Source: Arenicellales bacterium (lineage in GTDB: Bacteria > Pseudomonadota > Gammaproteobacteria > Arenicellales > Poriferihabitantaceae). From it: a stretch of 64,000 nt of DNA. This document shows, piece by piece, positions 10,759 to 20,140 of the stretch; position 1 is the first letter of the stretch, and each line of letters starts with the position of its first letter. The stretch covers positions 2,212,041-2,276,040 of the forward strand of contig OZ220708.1 in NCBI GenBank assembly GCA_965116595.1, given 5' to 3'. The notes beneath the pieces were generated by a model. That model made no database searches, was not told the DNA's origin, and saw only the letters and a program-made list of their open reading frames with translations. Position numbers and translations under genes: made by a program.

Positions 10759-11498
10759 GCGCGATTATTGACGTCAAGGAGGTCACCAAGACTTTCGGCG
10801 GTGTGATGGCCAATACCGATCTCTCCGTGCAGGTGGAAAAGGGCGGCATCACCGGCTTGATCGGGCCCAATGGCTCCGGCAAGACCACACTGTTCAACTC
10901 CATCGTCGGTTACCACCCCATCGATTCCGGGTCCATCCATTTCGGGGGCCGTGAGATCTCCAGGCTGCCGGTACAGCGGATCGCCCGCCTCGGGCTTTTG
11001 CGTACCTTTCAGCAGACCCGGATCTATGGCGCCATGAACTGCGTGGACAATATGCTGATCTCCATGCCCCATCGCAAGATGAATTTTCGGGAGTCGTTTG
11101 GCCGTAACACCCGGGAAGACCGGGAGCGGGCAGAAATGCTGCTGGATTTCGTCGGCCTTTATGAAAAACGCCTGCTGCGTTCGGGTTCGCTGTCGTTCGG
11201 TCAGCAGAAACTGCTGGAGTTCGCCATGGCGTTGATGAACGAACCCACCGTGCTGCTGCTGGACGAACCGACGGCAGGCATCAACCCGACGCTGATCAAC
11301 GGCCTCATCGACCGGCTCAAGCGCGCCAACAGCGAGTTCGGCATTACGCTGTTCATCATCGAACACAACATGCGGGTGATCATGAACATTGCGGACACGA
11401 TCTACTGTCTTGCCCATGGCAAACTGCTCGCCAGGGGAACCCCTGAGGAAATCCAGCATGACCAGCGGGTGATCAGTGCCTATCTCGGCGCCCATTGA
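10755..11498 (+). CDS. HAAT ABC transporter ATP-binding protein (LivG-like)
   Basis: Walker A GPNGSGKT, LSFGQQK, LLLDEP, IEHNM and C-terminal VISAYLG. The ATG overlaps the upstream TGA (ATGA). Confidence 0.9.
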   Translation: MSAIIDVKEVTKTFGGVMANTDLSVQVEKGGITGLIGPNGSGKTTLFNSIVGYHPIDSGSIHFGGREISRLPVQRIARLGLLRTFQQTRIYGAMNCVDNMLISMPHRKMNFRESFGRNTREDRERAEMLLDFVGLYEKRLLRSGSLSFGQQKLLEFAMALMNEPTVLLLDEPTAGINPTLINGLIDRLKRANSEFGITLFIIEHNMRVIMNIADTIYCLAHGKLLARGTPEEIQHDQRVISAYLGAH

Positions 11499-11516
11499 TC
11501 CGGCCAGGGAACTGAA

Positions 11517-12383
11517 ATGACGGAAAAAAAAGAGATTCGCGGTTATGGTACGGGTGATGTCGACGCAATCATCTCCGTGGATGAGGTGGAGCGCCGGGCG
11601 GCGGCCATCTCCGGGGGAATCAGTGTCGAAAGGCTTGATGATCTGGCGGGCAACCAGCCCTGGGTCACCATTGAGAATCTGAACGCCGGCTATGGCAGGA
11701 TGGAAGTTCTCCATGGCATCAACCTGCGGGTCGGCCGCAAGCAGTCGCTTTGTCTTATCGGTCCCAACGGCGCCGGCAAGTCCACGGTGTTACACGCTAT
11801 TTTCGGCTTCAACGACATCTTCTCCGGCCGCATCACCATAGGACGGGGCACGGATGCCATGGATGTTACCAGCCTGTCACCCAATAAAAAACTCTCCCGC
11901 GCCGGGATTGCCTACATCCTCCAGGATAAATCCATCTTCCCCGGCATGACTGTGGAGGAGAATCTCTGGATGGGCGGTTTCCTCAAGGACAAGCCGGCCG
12001 AGTCCAAACAGGCCACCGAAATGATCTTCGACAAGTATTCCCGACTCGCTGCCCGCCGCAAACACCAGGCCAGGGTCCTTTCCGGCGGCGAACGCCGCCT
12101 GCTGGAAATCTCCCGCGCCCTGGTCATGAACCCCGACGTCCTCCTCGTTGACGAACCTTCCATCGGGCTTGAACCCCGCTTCATCGACATGGTCTTTGAA
12201 ATCCTCGACGATCTACAGAACAACGAGGGCAAAACGATCATCATGGTGGAGCAGAATGCCAGGAAGGGGCTGGAGTTTGCGGATATTGGCTATGTGCTGG
12301 TCTCCGGCGAGGTGGCGATCGCCGGAACAGGATCGGAACTGCTGGACAATCCCAGGGTGGGGGAATTATTCCTCGGAGGATAG
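11517..12383 (+). CDS. HAAT ABC transporter ATP-binding protein (LivF-like, N-terminally extended)
   Basis: GPNGAGKST, LSGGERR, VDEPSIGL, VEQNA and C-terminal FLGG. Confidence 0.9.
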   Translation: MTEKKEIRGYGTGDVDAIISVDEVERRAAAISGGISVERLDDLAGNQPWVTIENLNAGYGRMEVLHGINLRVGRKQSLCLIGPNGAGKSTVLHAIFGFNDIFSGRITIGRGTDAMDVTSLSPNKKLSRAGIAYILQDKSIFPGMTVEENLWMGGFLKDKPAESKQATEMIFDKYSRLAARRKHQARVLSGGERRLLEISRALVMNPDVLLVDEPSIGLEPRFIDMVFEILDDLQNNEGKTIIMVEQNARKGLEFADIGYVLVSGEVAIAGTGSELLDNPRVGELFLGG

Positions 12384-12449
12384 CTCCGGGGAAATTGGTT
12401 CGGGTTGCCGCACCGGCATAGAGATTGGAAATTTCTCCTGGCGCCCCGG

Positions 12450-12917
12450 TTATAGTCCGAGTTCGGTCAACCCGGGATAATCCTCCGGGCGTGGCCCCTC
12501 ATCCCAATGAAACCTGCGATCGGATTCAAGGATCGGAACGTCGTTGATGCTGGCCTCCCGCCTGCGCATCAGTCCGCGCCCGTCAAACTCCCAGTTTTCA
12601 TTGCCGTGTGCGCGAAACCAGTTTCCTGAATCGTCATGATATTCGTACTGAAAACGTACGGCGATTCGATTCTCATTGCAGGTCCAGATTTCCTTGATCA
12701 GGCGATAGTCCAGTTCGCGTGCCCATTTGCGTTGGAGGAATGCAACGATCGCTTCGCGGCCCTGGAAAAATTCGGCGCGGTTGCGCCAACGGCTGTCTTG
12801 TGTATACGCCAGCGAAACTTTTACCGGGTCGCGAGTGTTCCAGGCATTTTCGGCCATTCGGACTTTTTGAACGGCGGTTTCCAGGGTAAACGGCGGGAAA
12901 GGGGGGCGTTCGGACAT
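12450..12917 (-). CDS. DUF1348 / NTF2-like (SnoaL-like) protein
   Basis: [28 protein letters not shown]...WRNRAEF...[13 protein letters not shown]...[11 protein letters not shown]...[11 protein letters not shown] at 12917 chosen over the longer ORF. Confidence 0.88.
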   Translation of the reverse strand: MSERPPFPPFTLETAVQKVRMAENAWNTRDPVKVSLAYTQDSRWRNRAEFFQGREAIVAFLQRKWARELDYRLIKEIWTCNENRIAVRFQYEYHDDSGNWFRAHGNENWEFDGRGLMRRREASINDVPILESDRRFHWDEGPRPEDYPGLTELGL

Positions 12918-13130
12918 GAGTGGCTTCCAGGTTCGTGTACTTGTCGATACAGTGTATATCAATCTTTGCAAACTGCAAGTTCGGCGCACCTGATCAGTGA
13001 GCCCGCCTGTTATCCAGACAACAGGCTGCCCCAGGGTTGACCGGATAGCCAGGGTATTTGACCGAAAGTGGAATATAATCCCGGTTATAAACCAAAGGGT
13101 GGTATCGACTCGTGACGAAGGACACATAAC

Positions 13131-14906
13131 ATGTTGGAATATGGTCAAAAGACGATTCAGCGCCGGGTTCGGGCCTGTAGTCTTGATAATGATGGAAAGA
13201 TGGGTGATCCGGTAATTTCACCTCTTTTGAAAAGGATATTCGAGAATAGACGAATCGATCATGTTTCTAAACTGAACCACTCTTTCTCCAATTTATGTAA
13301 ACCCGATTCACTCAAGGATGGGGATGTTGCCGCACTACTGATCTGTGACGCGATTAAGGCAGGCAAGCGTGTTCTGATCATTGGTGACTATGATGCCGAT
13401 GGCGCTACCGCTGTTGTGCTGGGCCTGTCCGGATTGAAATCCATGGGATTGGGTGATGTCGATTATCTGGTGCCGAATCGTTTTAAACACGGTTATGGGT
13501 TGTCGCCGGAAATTGCTGAAGTTGCCTTGCAGAAAAACCCCGATATTGTGATTACCGTAGATAACGGGATCAACAGTATGGATGGAGTTGCCCTGCTTAA
13601 AGATAGCGGGGTGGTCGTCGTCATTACCGATCATCATCTTCCTGCGGGGAGGTTGCCGGAAGCGGATGCGATACTGAATCCCAATCAACCTGGCTGCAAT
13701 TTCCCGAGCAAGGTGATTGCAGGCGTTGGCGTGATGTTTTACTTTTTATTATTGATCAGGGCGAAACTCAAATCGGTTGGCTGGTTTGAAGGGAGTCAAC
13801 GTCCGATTCCAAATCTGGGCGACCTGGTTGACCTGGTTGCTTTGGGCACGGTCGCCGACATGGTGCCGCTGGACCACAATAACCGGATTCTGGTCGCCAA
13901 TGGAATTCTGCGAATCAGGTCCGGCAAATGCCGTCCCGGGATACTGGCATTGATGGAAGTCGGAGGCCGGCATCACAGTGAAATTGATTCTTCCGATTTT
14001 GGATTCGTCATCGCTCCCAGGCTGAATGCTGCTGGACGCCTGGATAATATTTCGACAGGAATAGAATGTCTGCTGACTGAAGACAGTGCGGTTGCGCATA
14101 ATTACGCACTACAACTCAACCAGATAAATGAAGAGAGAAAGGGAATTGAAATCGATATGCAAAACAGGGCTATGGAAATCGTAAGGCGCATGATGACTGA
14201 CAAAAGTAATATCAGTCAACACGGGGATGAAATACCCGCAGGATTCTGTCTGTATGATCCCGACTGGCATCAGGGGGTAAGCGGGCTGGTTGCCTCCCGG
14301 ATAAAGGGAAAGACCAATCAACCCGTGATTGCCTTCGCCAGGACCCTAAGTGGAGATTTGACTGGCTCAGCCAGGTCCGTACCCGGGCTGCATATAAAGG
14401 ATTTGCTTGAGGGAATTGCCCTGGAAAACAACGGACTGATTGAAAAATTCGGCGGACATGCGATGGCGGCGGGCTTGACTGTTCGAGCGGACAATTACGA
14501 TCAATTTTGCGACAGATTTCACAGAAAAGTAGCAGAGCATTATGGTCAGGCCGGCATCAGTAATACAATCGATACCGATGGTGAATTAGAACCGGGAGAA
14601 ATCAACCTTGCCAATGCACAACTGATTCGAGAGGCAATGCCCTGGGGGCAGGGATTTCCTTTCCCCAGGTTTGATGGTGAATTTATCGTATCGGACTGTC
14701 GCATCGTCGGGCAGATTCATTTGCGTATGACGTTGCAGCCTGTGGGTCAGGACACCCGGTTCAAGTGTATCGCGTTCAAAGCGCTTGAACCCGGCCAGAA
14801 GGCGCCTGACCTTGACAGGGTTCATGTCGTGTATAAACTTGATGTCAATCAATTCCGGGGAACAAAATCCTTACAGTTGATCATTGAATACCTGGAACCG
14901 GTTTGA
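13131..14906 (+). CDS. recJ: Single-stranded-DNA-specific exonuclease RecJ
   Basis: GDYDADG, ITVDNG, ITDHH (DHH), [20 protein letters not shown] and FGGHAMAAG. Confidence 0.96.
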   Translation: MLEYGQKTIQRRVRACSLDNDGKMGDPVISPLLKRIFENRRIDHVSKLNHSFSNLCKPDSLKDGDVAALLICDAIKAGKRVLIIGDYDADGATAVVLGLSGLKSMGLGDVDYLVPNRFKHGYGLSPEIAEVALQKNPDIVITVDNGINSMDGVALLKDSGVVVVITDHHLPAGRLPEADAILNPNQPGCNFPSKVIAGVGVMFYFLLLIRAKLKSVGWFEGSQRPIPNLGDLVDLVALGTVADMVPLDHNNRILVANGILRIRSGKCRPGILALMEVGGRHHSEIDSSDFGFVIAPRLNAAGRLDNISTGIECLLTEDSAVAHNYALQLNQINEERKGIEIDMQNRAMEIVRRMMTDKSNISQHGDEIPAGFCLYDPDWHQGVSGLVASRIKGKTNQPVIAFARTLSGDLTGSARSVPGLHIKDLLEGIALENNGLIEKFGGHAMAAGLTVRADNYDQFCDRFHRKVAEHYGQAGISNTIDTDGELEPGEINLANAQLIREAMPWGQGFPFPRFDGEFIVSDCRIVGQIHLRMTLQPVGQDTRFKCIAFKALEPGQKAPDLDRVHVVYKLDVNQFRGTKSLQLIIEYLEPV

Positions 14907-15002
14907 TCCTGCGGGCACGATGTGTGCATGAATGGTTGTTTTGATATTGAATAAGATAAACTACAGAATTCGATCATTACTGCGGAAAACAATAACCGGA
15001 AT

Positions 15003-15584
15003 ATGGACGATCAAGTTGACAATGATATAGCCCTGGTCGAGCGGGTCCAAAACGGAGACAAGAAGGCTTTTGATTTGCTGGTTCGCAAGTATCAGTATCG
15101 AATCAGGAATCTGGTCAGTCGATTTGTAAGAGATCCATCGGAACAGGAGGATATCGTCCAGGAATCCTTTATCAAGGCTTACCGGGCGATTGGAAGATTT
15201 CGTGGAGACAGTGCATTCTACACCTGGTTGTATCGCATCGTGGTCAATACATCGAAAAACCACCTGGTTGCCGCGGGTCGGCATCCTCCCGCCCAGGATG
15301 TCGATATTGATAGTGCGCTGCAAAGCCGTGGCGCCGACCGTTTGACTGAATTCAACACCCCCGAGCAGATGGTCCGGAATGATGAACTGGTGGCGGCAGT
15401 GAAAAGAGCGATCACCGGTCTGTCAGATGAATTGAAGGAAGCCATTCTGTTGCGGGAAATGGATGGATTGAGCTATGAAGATATTTCCGTCATCATGCAT
15501 TGTCCGGTCGGAACCGTACGCTCCAGGATTTTCAGGGCCCGCGAAACAATTGAAAAATCAATCGCGCATCTTGTAGATGAGTGA
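15003..15584 (+). CDS. rpoE: ECF sigma factor RpoE (sigma-E/AlgU)
   Basis: LVERVQNGDKKAFDLLVRKYQ, FRGDSAFYTWLYRI and CPVGTVRSRIFRARE; followed by rseA and rseB. Confidence 0.95.
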   Translation: MDDQVDNDIALVERVQNGDKKAFDLLVRKYQYRIRNLVSRFVRDPSEQEDIVQESFIKAYRAIGRFRGDSAFYTWLYRIVVNTSKNHLVAAGRHPPAQDVDIDSALQSRGADRLTEFNTPEQMVRNDELVAAVKRAITGLSDELKEAILLREMDGLSYEDISVIMHCPVGTVRSRIFRARETIEKSIAHLVDE

Positions 15585-15635
15585 TCCTGGCCTGTGTGGT
15601 GATGTATATGGCGCTGAATTGCAGGAAACTGATGT

Positions 15636-15662
15636 GAACTTATTGTCATTGGATGGTACTAA
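15636..15662 (+). promoter_or_regulatory. Putative sigma-E-dependent promoter upstream of rseA
   Basis: GAACTT-N16-ACTAA resembles the sigma-E consensus GAACTT-N16-TCTAA/TCTGA with one mismatch in the -10 element. Confidence 0.4.
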
Positions 15663-15681
15663 TATAGGATAGGAGGATATC

Positions 15682-16239
15682 TTGGAACCCAGGAAGATGA
15701 ACGAAAGAATTTCTCAATTGATTGATCAGGAACTGATGCCTGATCAACAGGTGGTTGTTATTGGCAAAATGATCAATCATGAGACTGCTGGCAAGACATG
15801 GCAGCGCTATCAATTGATTGGTGATATCGTGCGTGGTGAGGTTGATCAGGTCGGAGCGGATCTGACAGAAAAAATCAGTGCGCGTCTGCAGGCAGAGCCA
15901 ACTGTGGTCGCACCAGACAGGGCGGCCCGGGAAAATCGTATTGCCGGGCCGGATGCCGGCATTGGCATCTGGAAACCGGTCGGGTTGTTCGCAATGGCTG
16001 CTTCCCTTGCCGTTGTTGCGGTGGTTACACTGGATCCTCTCAATGATTCATACCAGGTCGACACAGTTGCTGCCGTTGATCAGGCTGAATCGGGGCAGGT
16101 CGAATCAGGGCACTCCATCATGCACGCTGAGGGGTTTCATGAGATGCTGACCGGACATGGAGAATTCACCTCTTCCCCTGCCTTTAATGGCCTGCTTGCT
16201 CATGTGGTTCTGGTAAGTAATCAGTCACCCGTTCAATAG
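15682..16239 (+). CDS. rseA: Anti-sigma-E factor RseA/MucA
   Basis: ERISQLIDQEL, TWQRYQLIGDIVRG and one TM (FAMAASLAVVAVV); lies after rpoE. The start may be the ATG at 15697. Confidence 0.85.
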   Translation: MEPRKMNERISQLIDQELMPDQQVVVIGKMINHETAGKTWQRYQLIGDIVRGEVDQVGADLTEKISARLQAEPTVVAPDRAARENRIAGPDAGIGIWKPVGLFAMAASLAVVAVVTLDPLNDSYQVDTVAAVDQAESGQVESGHSIMHAEGFHEMLTGHGEFTSSPAFNGLLAHVVLVSNQSPVQ

Positions 16240-16274
16240 ATTCCATTTTCTTCATGCAATTCCGACAGGGTTAA

Positions 16275-17246
16275 ATGATGGGATCAGTTTTATCTCGCCG
16301 GATGGTGGTTGTCCTTGTATTCTGGTTTCTCCCGGCGCATGTTTTTGCGGATCCGTTTGACTGGTTGATGAAAATCAGCAAGGCAGCGGCGGATGTGAAT
16401 TTTATCGGTACGCTGGTATATACCAATAATGGTGAAATCAAGACCATGGAGGTGGCGCGCAGAATCCAGGATGGATTGATGCAGGAGCGCATCTATTCAC
16501 TTGATGGAGAACCCAGGGAGATAATTCGCAGCGAGGACAAGGTCTGGTTTTATATCCCGGACAAGAACATGGTTGTCCATGACTACCGGCAGGTTACGAA
16601 AAGTGGCTTCCCGAGAATCCTTCCGGACGACCTGGATCAATTAAAGCAGAACTATGGTTTTGAGGAAGGCGAAGAAAAACGCATTGCCGACCGGGTGGCG
16701 ATAGAGATAAAGGTGATTGCCAATGATGCCTGGCGATATGGGTATACCCTTTGGGCTGACAAGCATTCAGGTCTGCTTTTAAGGTCTGATCTGGTCAGCC
16801 AGGACGGTGAGATTGTTGAACAATACCTGTTTGCCGATATCGAAATCAACGGTGTAATTACTGATGCCCAACTGGCCCCGGTGAGCAGCGCCGACAAGTT
16901 GCGTTTATTCGGAAATTCGGAGCCGATGCCCGAGTCTTTCGAATCTTCTGAGTGGTCAGTCACTAAACTCCCTGATGGCTATCAATTGAATAATCATATT
17001 CGCAGGATGTCGCCGATGGGGAAGGGTGAAATCGAGCACTTTGTATATTCCGATGGGTTGTCGACTTTGTCCGTATTCATCAAGAAAACCAGTCAGAATC
17101 AGGGCGAAATGACGGGTCTGGGCAGAATGGGCGCCGTGCATGCCTACCGTACCCGTATTGGCAATCATCTTGTCACTGTGATCGGAGAAGTCCCCGCAGA
17201 AACCGTACAGGTGGTTGCACGGGGTGTTCAACTCAACAAAGGCTGA
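16275..17246 (+). CDS. rseB: Sigma-E regulatory periplasmic protein RseB/MucB
   Basis: Signal peptide; SLDGEPREIIR, GLLLRSDL, HFVYSDGLSTLSVFI and VTVIGEVP. Confidence 0.9.
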   Translation: MMGSVLSRRMVVVLVFWFLPAHVFADPFDWLMKISKAAADVNFIGTLVYTNNGEIKTMEVARRIQDGLMQERIYSLDGEPREIIRSEDKVWFYIPDKNMVVHDYRQVTKSGFPRILPDDLDQLKQNYGFEEGEEKRIADRVAIEIKVIANDAWRYGYTLWADKHSGLLLRSDLVSQDGEIVEQYLFADIEINGVITDAQLAPVSSADKLRLFGNSEPMPESFESSEWSVTKLPDGYQLNNHIRRMSPMGKGEIEHFVYSDGLSTLSVFIKKTSQNQGEMTGLGRMGAVHAYRTRIGNHLVTVIGEVPAETVQVVARGVQLNKG

Positions 17247-17345
17247 TCCCAACCAACCGGATTTTGCCCCTGATTGGTCGAAGCGGGTTATTTATACAAT
17301 CGCTTCGGAGTATGATAGCCACTTACAATCCTGCGTGTGTCTTGA

Positions 17346-18869
17346 ATGGAAAAAGAGAATTATGTTGCCGCAATAGATCTGGGATCCAACAGTTTTCATA
17401 TGGTGATTGCCGATGCAGGTGATCACGGCAGCATAAAAATCATGGATCAGTTGAGGGAAATGATCCGATTGAATGCAGGTCTTGATCAGGATCGGAATCT
17501 GTCCGGGGAAGCCCAGAAAAGAGCCCTGGAATGCCTGCACCGGTTCCGTCAATGCCTGACCGGCATTCCAGCTCACCGGATACGGGCTGTCGGTACCAAT
17601 ACCTTGAGAAACGCACGAAACAGTGATGCGTTCCTGAAATGTGCGGAAGCAACTCTCGGACACCCGATTTCAGTGGTTTCAGGTCATGAGGAGGCGCGGC
17701 TTGTTTATCTTGGCGCAGCGTTTGATCTGTCTACTCGCGGTAAAAAAAGACTGGTTGTCGATATTGGCGGCGGAAGCACGGAACTGATTGTGGGAAAAAG
17801 CCATAAACCATTGCACATGGATAGCCTTGAAATCGGCTGTGTCAGCCTGACGCGAAATGTCTTTGACGATGGCTGTATCACCAAATCCCGGTTCAAGCGT
17901 GCAAAGAATCTCGTTTCGATGGAATTACAGCCGGTCATCGGAGCCTACCGCAAGCTGAAATGGCAGGAAGCCGTCGGCACATCGGGAACGATAAAGGCAG
18001 TAGACAGGGTCGCGAGGGAATTGGGCATGGAGCGGGACTGGGTATCCGCAAAAAGCATGGCTGAAGTAAAAAAATGGATTCTGGATACGAAACACAGTCA
18101 CTTGCTCAGCCATGTTTCTGATCAACGAAGGCCAGTATTTGCGGCTGGATTCGTGATTCTATCGACAATTTTCGAAGAGCTTGGAATCAATAGAATGGAT
18201 ATTTCTCAGGGCGCCTTGAGGGAAGGGGTTGCCTATGATCTGATTGGACGGTTGCATGATGAAGATTCGAGATTTCACGGGGTGGCTTCGTTGGTAACAC
18301 AGTTCAAGACTGACCCGGAGCAGGCGAACCGGGTTCAGAATCTGGCAATCCGTTTTCTCGATCAGGTCAAGGACGATTGGGACCTGCAGGAGACTCTCAA
18401 CTATAAACTGCTTTACTGGTCAGCACGATTGCATGAGATCGGAATTTCTGTTTCATACGATCAATATCACCTGCATAGCGCCTATATAATCGAACACAGC
18501 AATATGGATGGATTTTCCAGACAGATCCAGAAAATACTTGCGCTGCTGGTCAGATGCCACCGACTCAAGATAGAAATCGATGCCATTGCAAGATTGCCCG
18601 ATGAATGGGTAGAGCGGATATCCAGACTGATTATTCTGCTCAGACTGGCCGTGACGTTTTATCGCAGTCGCTCGGATGTTGATTTATTCGGTATTCTGAT
18701 AAAAGTCAGTAACAGACAGGTGATTGTTTCCTACCCGAAAGGCTGGGGTAAGGCCCACCCCCTGACGGTGTTCGATCTTGAAAATGAAAGGCTCGTTTTT
18801 GAATCCATGGGGTATGGGTTGGAGGTCGGGATCAATTCAAATTGTACAGGCCGATTTCAGAAGGCCTGA
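17346..18869 (+). CDS. ppx: Exopolyphosphatase Ppx/GppA family
   Basis: AAIDLGSNSFHM, AVGTNTLRNA, SGHEEARLVYLG, VDIGGGSTE, GTSGT, GALREG and the HD-like LHEIG. Confidence 0.92.
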   Translation: MEKENYVAAIDLGSNSFHMVIADAGDHGSIKIMDQLREMIRLNAGLDQDRNLSGEAQKRALECLHRFRQCLTGIPAHRIRAVGTNTLRNARNSDAFLKCAEATLGHPISVVSGHEEARLVYLGAAFDLSTRGKKRLVVDIGGGSTELIVGKSHKPLHMDSLEIGCVSLTRNVFDDGCITKSRFKRAKNLVSMELQPVIGAYRKLKWQEAVGTSGTIKAVDRVARELGMERDWVSAKSMAEVKKWILDTKHSHLLSHVSDQRRPVFAAGFVILSTIFEELGINRMDISQGALREGVAYDLIGRLHDEDSRFHGVASLVTQFKTDPEQANRVQNLAIRFLDQVKDDWDLQETLNYKLLYWSARLHEIGISVSYDQYHLHSAYIIEHSNMDGFSRQIQKILALLVRCHRLKIEIDAIARLPDEWVERISRLIILLRLAVTFYRSRSDVDLFGILIKVSNRQVIVSYPKGWGKAHPLTVFDLENERLVFESMGYGLEVGINSNCTGRFQKA

Positions 18870-20112
18870 AATTGGACAGACAACCCATCGCGTCAAGCAC
18901 CGAGATCAAAAAACCATGTGCGGTTATTCTGCCCAGAGAGCCTGATATACAGTCTGTTTCATTATATTTATCCACCCGGTCCTTTCTTCCGAGCGGGTTA
19001 TAGATGGCTACAGGCACCGGGTCTCCGTTGTGTTCTCCGCAAAGGGAATCGGTAGAATGATCCGCACAAACCCCGACCACCAGATCACTCGTATCTATTT
19101 TTCCAAGTGCGGAATCGAAGCGTGAAATCAGGTCTGCTTTTGCCTGCGGGTCACGGTCGTGCGCCGCGATATCCATTCCCTTGATGTGAATGTATACCAG
19201 GTCATGGGTTTGCAAAGCCTCCATTGCCAGGCTGAGTTTCCTGTCCAGGTCGGTATCAGGCAGGGAGGTGAAAGCAGGGTCATTAATTGTCAAAAACCCG
19301 AGCAGTTTGCCCAATCCGATAATGGTGCTTTCACCAGCAACGATAGCAGCCGACAAATCCAGGTAGGCATGTATATTCCTGAAATCCCGGTGAATTCCTG
19401 CACTACGGGTAATTACTGCGTTGGCAGGCAACTCTCCTGCCCTGACTCTGTCGTTGTTGACCGGATGACTGTTCAGGATATCATGGGATTTCTCGAAAAA
19501 TCGGTTGACTGCCTGCGCGGTGCGAACGGCATCCTTGTCCGTGGCGCAAATTGCATGACATCCGAGAACTCCCTTTTCGATGTTCATTCCACCCGGGTCG
19601 GTGTCACTGACCAGTGCCGAAAGTTCAAGCCCTCTTAGCCGCAATACACAGCGATGTTGGGTGGCAGGGTACAGTGATGCTGTTATTCCATCCCCGACCT
19701 GAATGTCGTGCAGGGAATCACAGAGCGGTATGACACCCTGATTGATTCTGCCAGCCCGTCTGTCACGGATGCGGTAATGAGCGCCTTGTTTTTCAACGGT
19801 TGCCAGATTGGATCGAAATAAAAGATCACCCGCACTTGAGACCAGCCCGATCCCCGAAGCTTCTATCGGCCCTCGGCACAGTTTGGCTGCATCGTCCGGA
19901 GGTAACCCAAACAGAATGCCGACGCCCGTATGGGTATCCACCGGCAATCCTGGCAACAGCGGATCCATCAGTCCCGATTGTCCGTTTTGCGCCAACTGAT
20001 CCAATATCGGAGTGCTGGCATACTCGAGTGGAGTGAGACCACCGAGCTGAGGATTTGGACGATCGCCTAATCCATCGAGAATGATTATCAGACCTTTTAT
20101 ACGATTGTGCAT
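18832..20112 (-). CDS. Archaeal-type (ApgM/COG3635-like) cofactor-independent phosphoglycerate mutase family protein, alkaline phosphatase superfamily
   Basis: ILDGLGDRP, TPLEYASTP, RGPIEASG, FRSNLATV, DRRAGRI, HIKGMDIAAHD, ADHST and HNGDPVP. Confidence 0.85.
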   Translation of the reverse strand: MHNRIKGLIIILDGLGDRPNPQLGGLTPLEYASTPILDQLAQNGQSGLMDPLLPGLPVDTHTGVGILFGLPPDDAAKLCRGPIEASGIGLVSSAGDLLFRSNLATVEKQGAHYRIRDRRAGRINQGVIPLCDSLHDIQVGDGITASLYPATQHRCVLRLRGLELSALVSDTDPGGMNIEKGVLGCHAICATDKDAVRTAQAVNRFFEKSHDILNSHPVNNDRVRAGELPANAVITRSAGIHRDFRNIHAYLDLSAAIVAGESTIIGLGKLLGFLTINDPAFTSLPDTDLDRKLSLAMEALQTHDLVYIHIKGMDIAAHDRDPQAKADLISRFDSALGKIDTSDLVVGVCADHSTDSLCGEHNGDPVPVAIYNPLGRKDRVDKYNETDCISGSLGRITAHGFLISVLDAMGCLSNFRPSEIGLYNLN

Positions 20113-20140
20113 TCAAGTATCCTGATCAGGATTTTCCGAT

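Noticed and set aside
8680-11714. Long antisense ORFs (8680-9627, 10048-10695, 10602-11714; likewise 21951-22925, 45967-46806, 54943-55770)
   Set aside because: They are shadow frames opposite well-supported genes, have no recognisable motifs, and are expected from codon bias.
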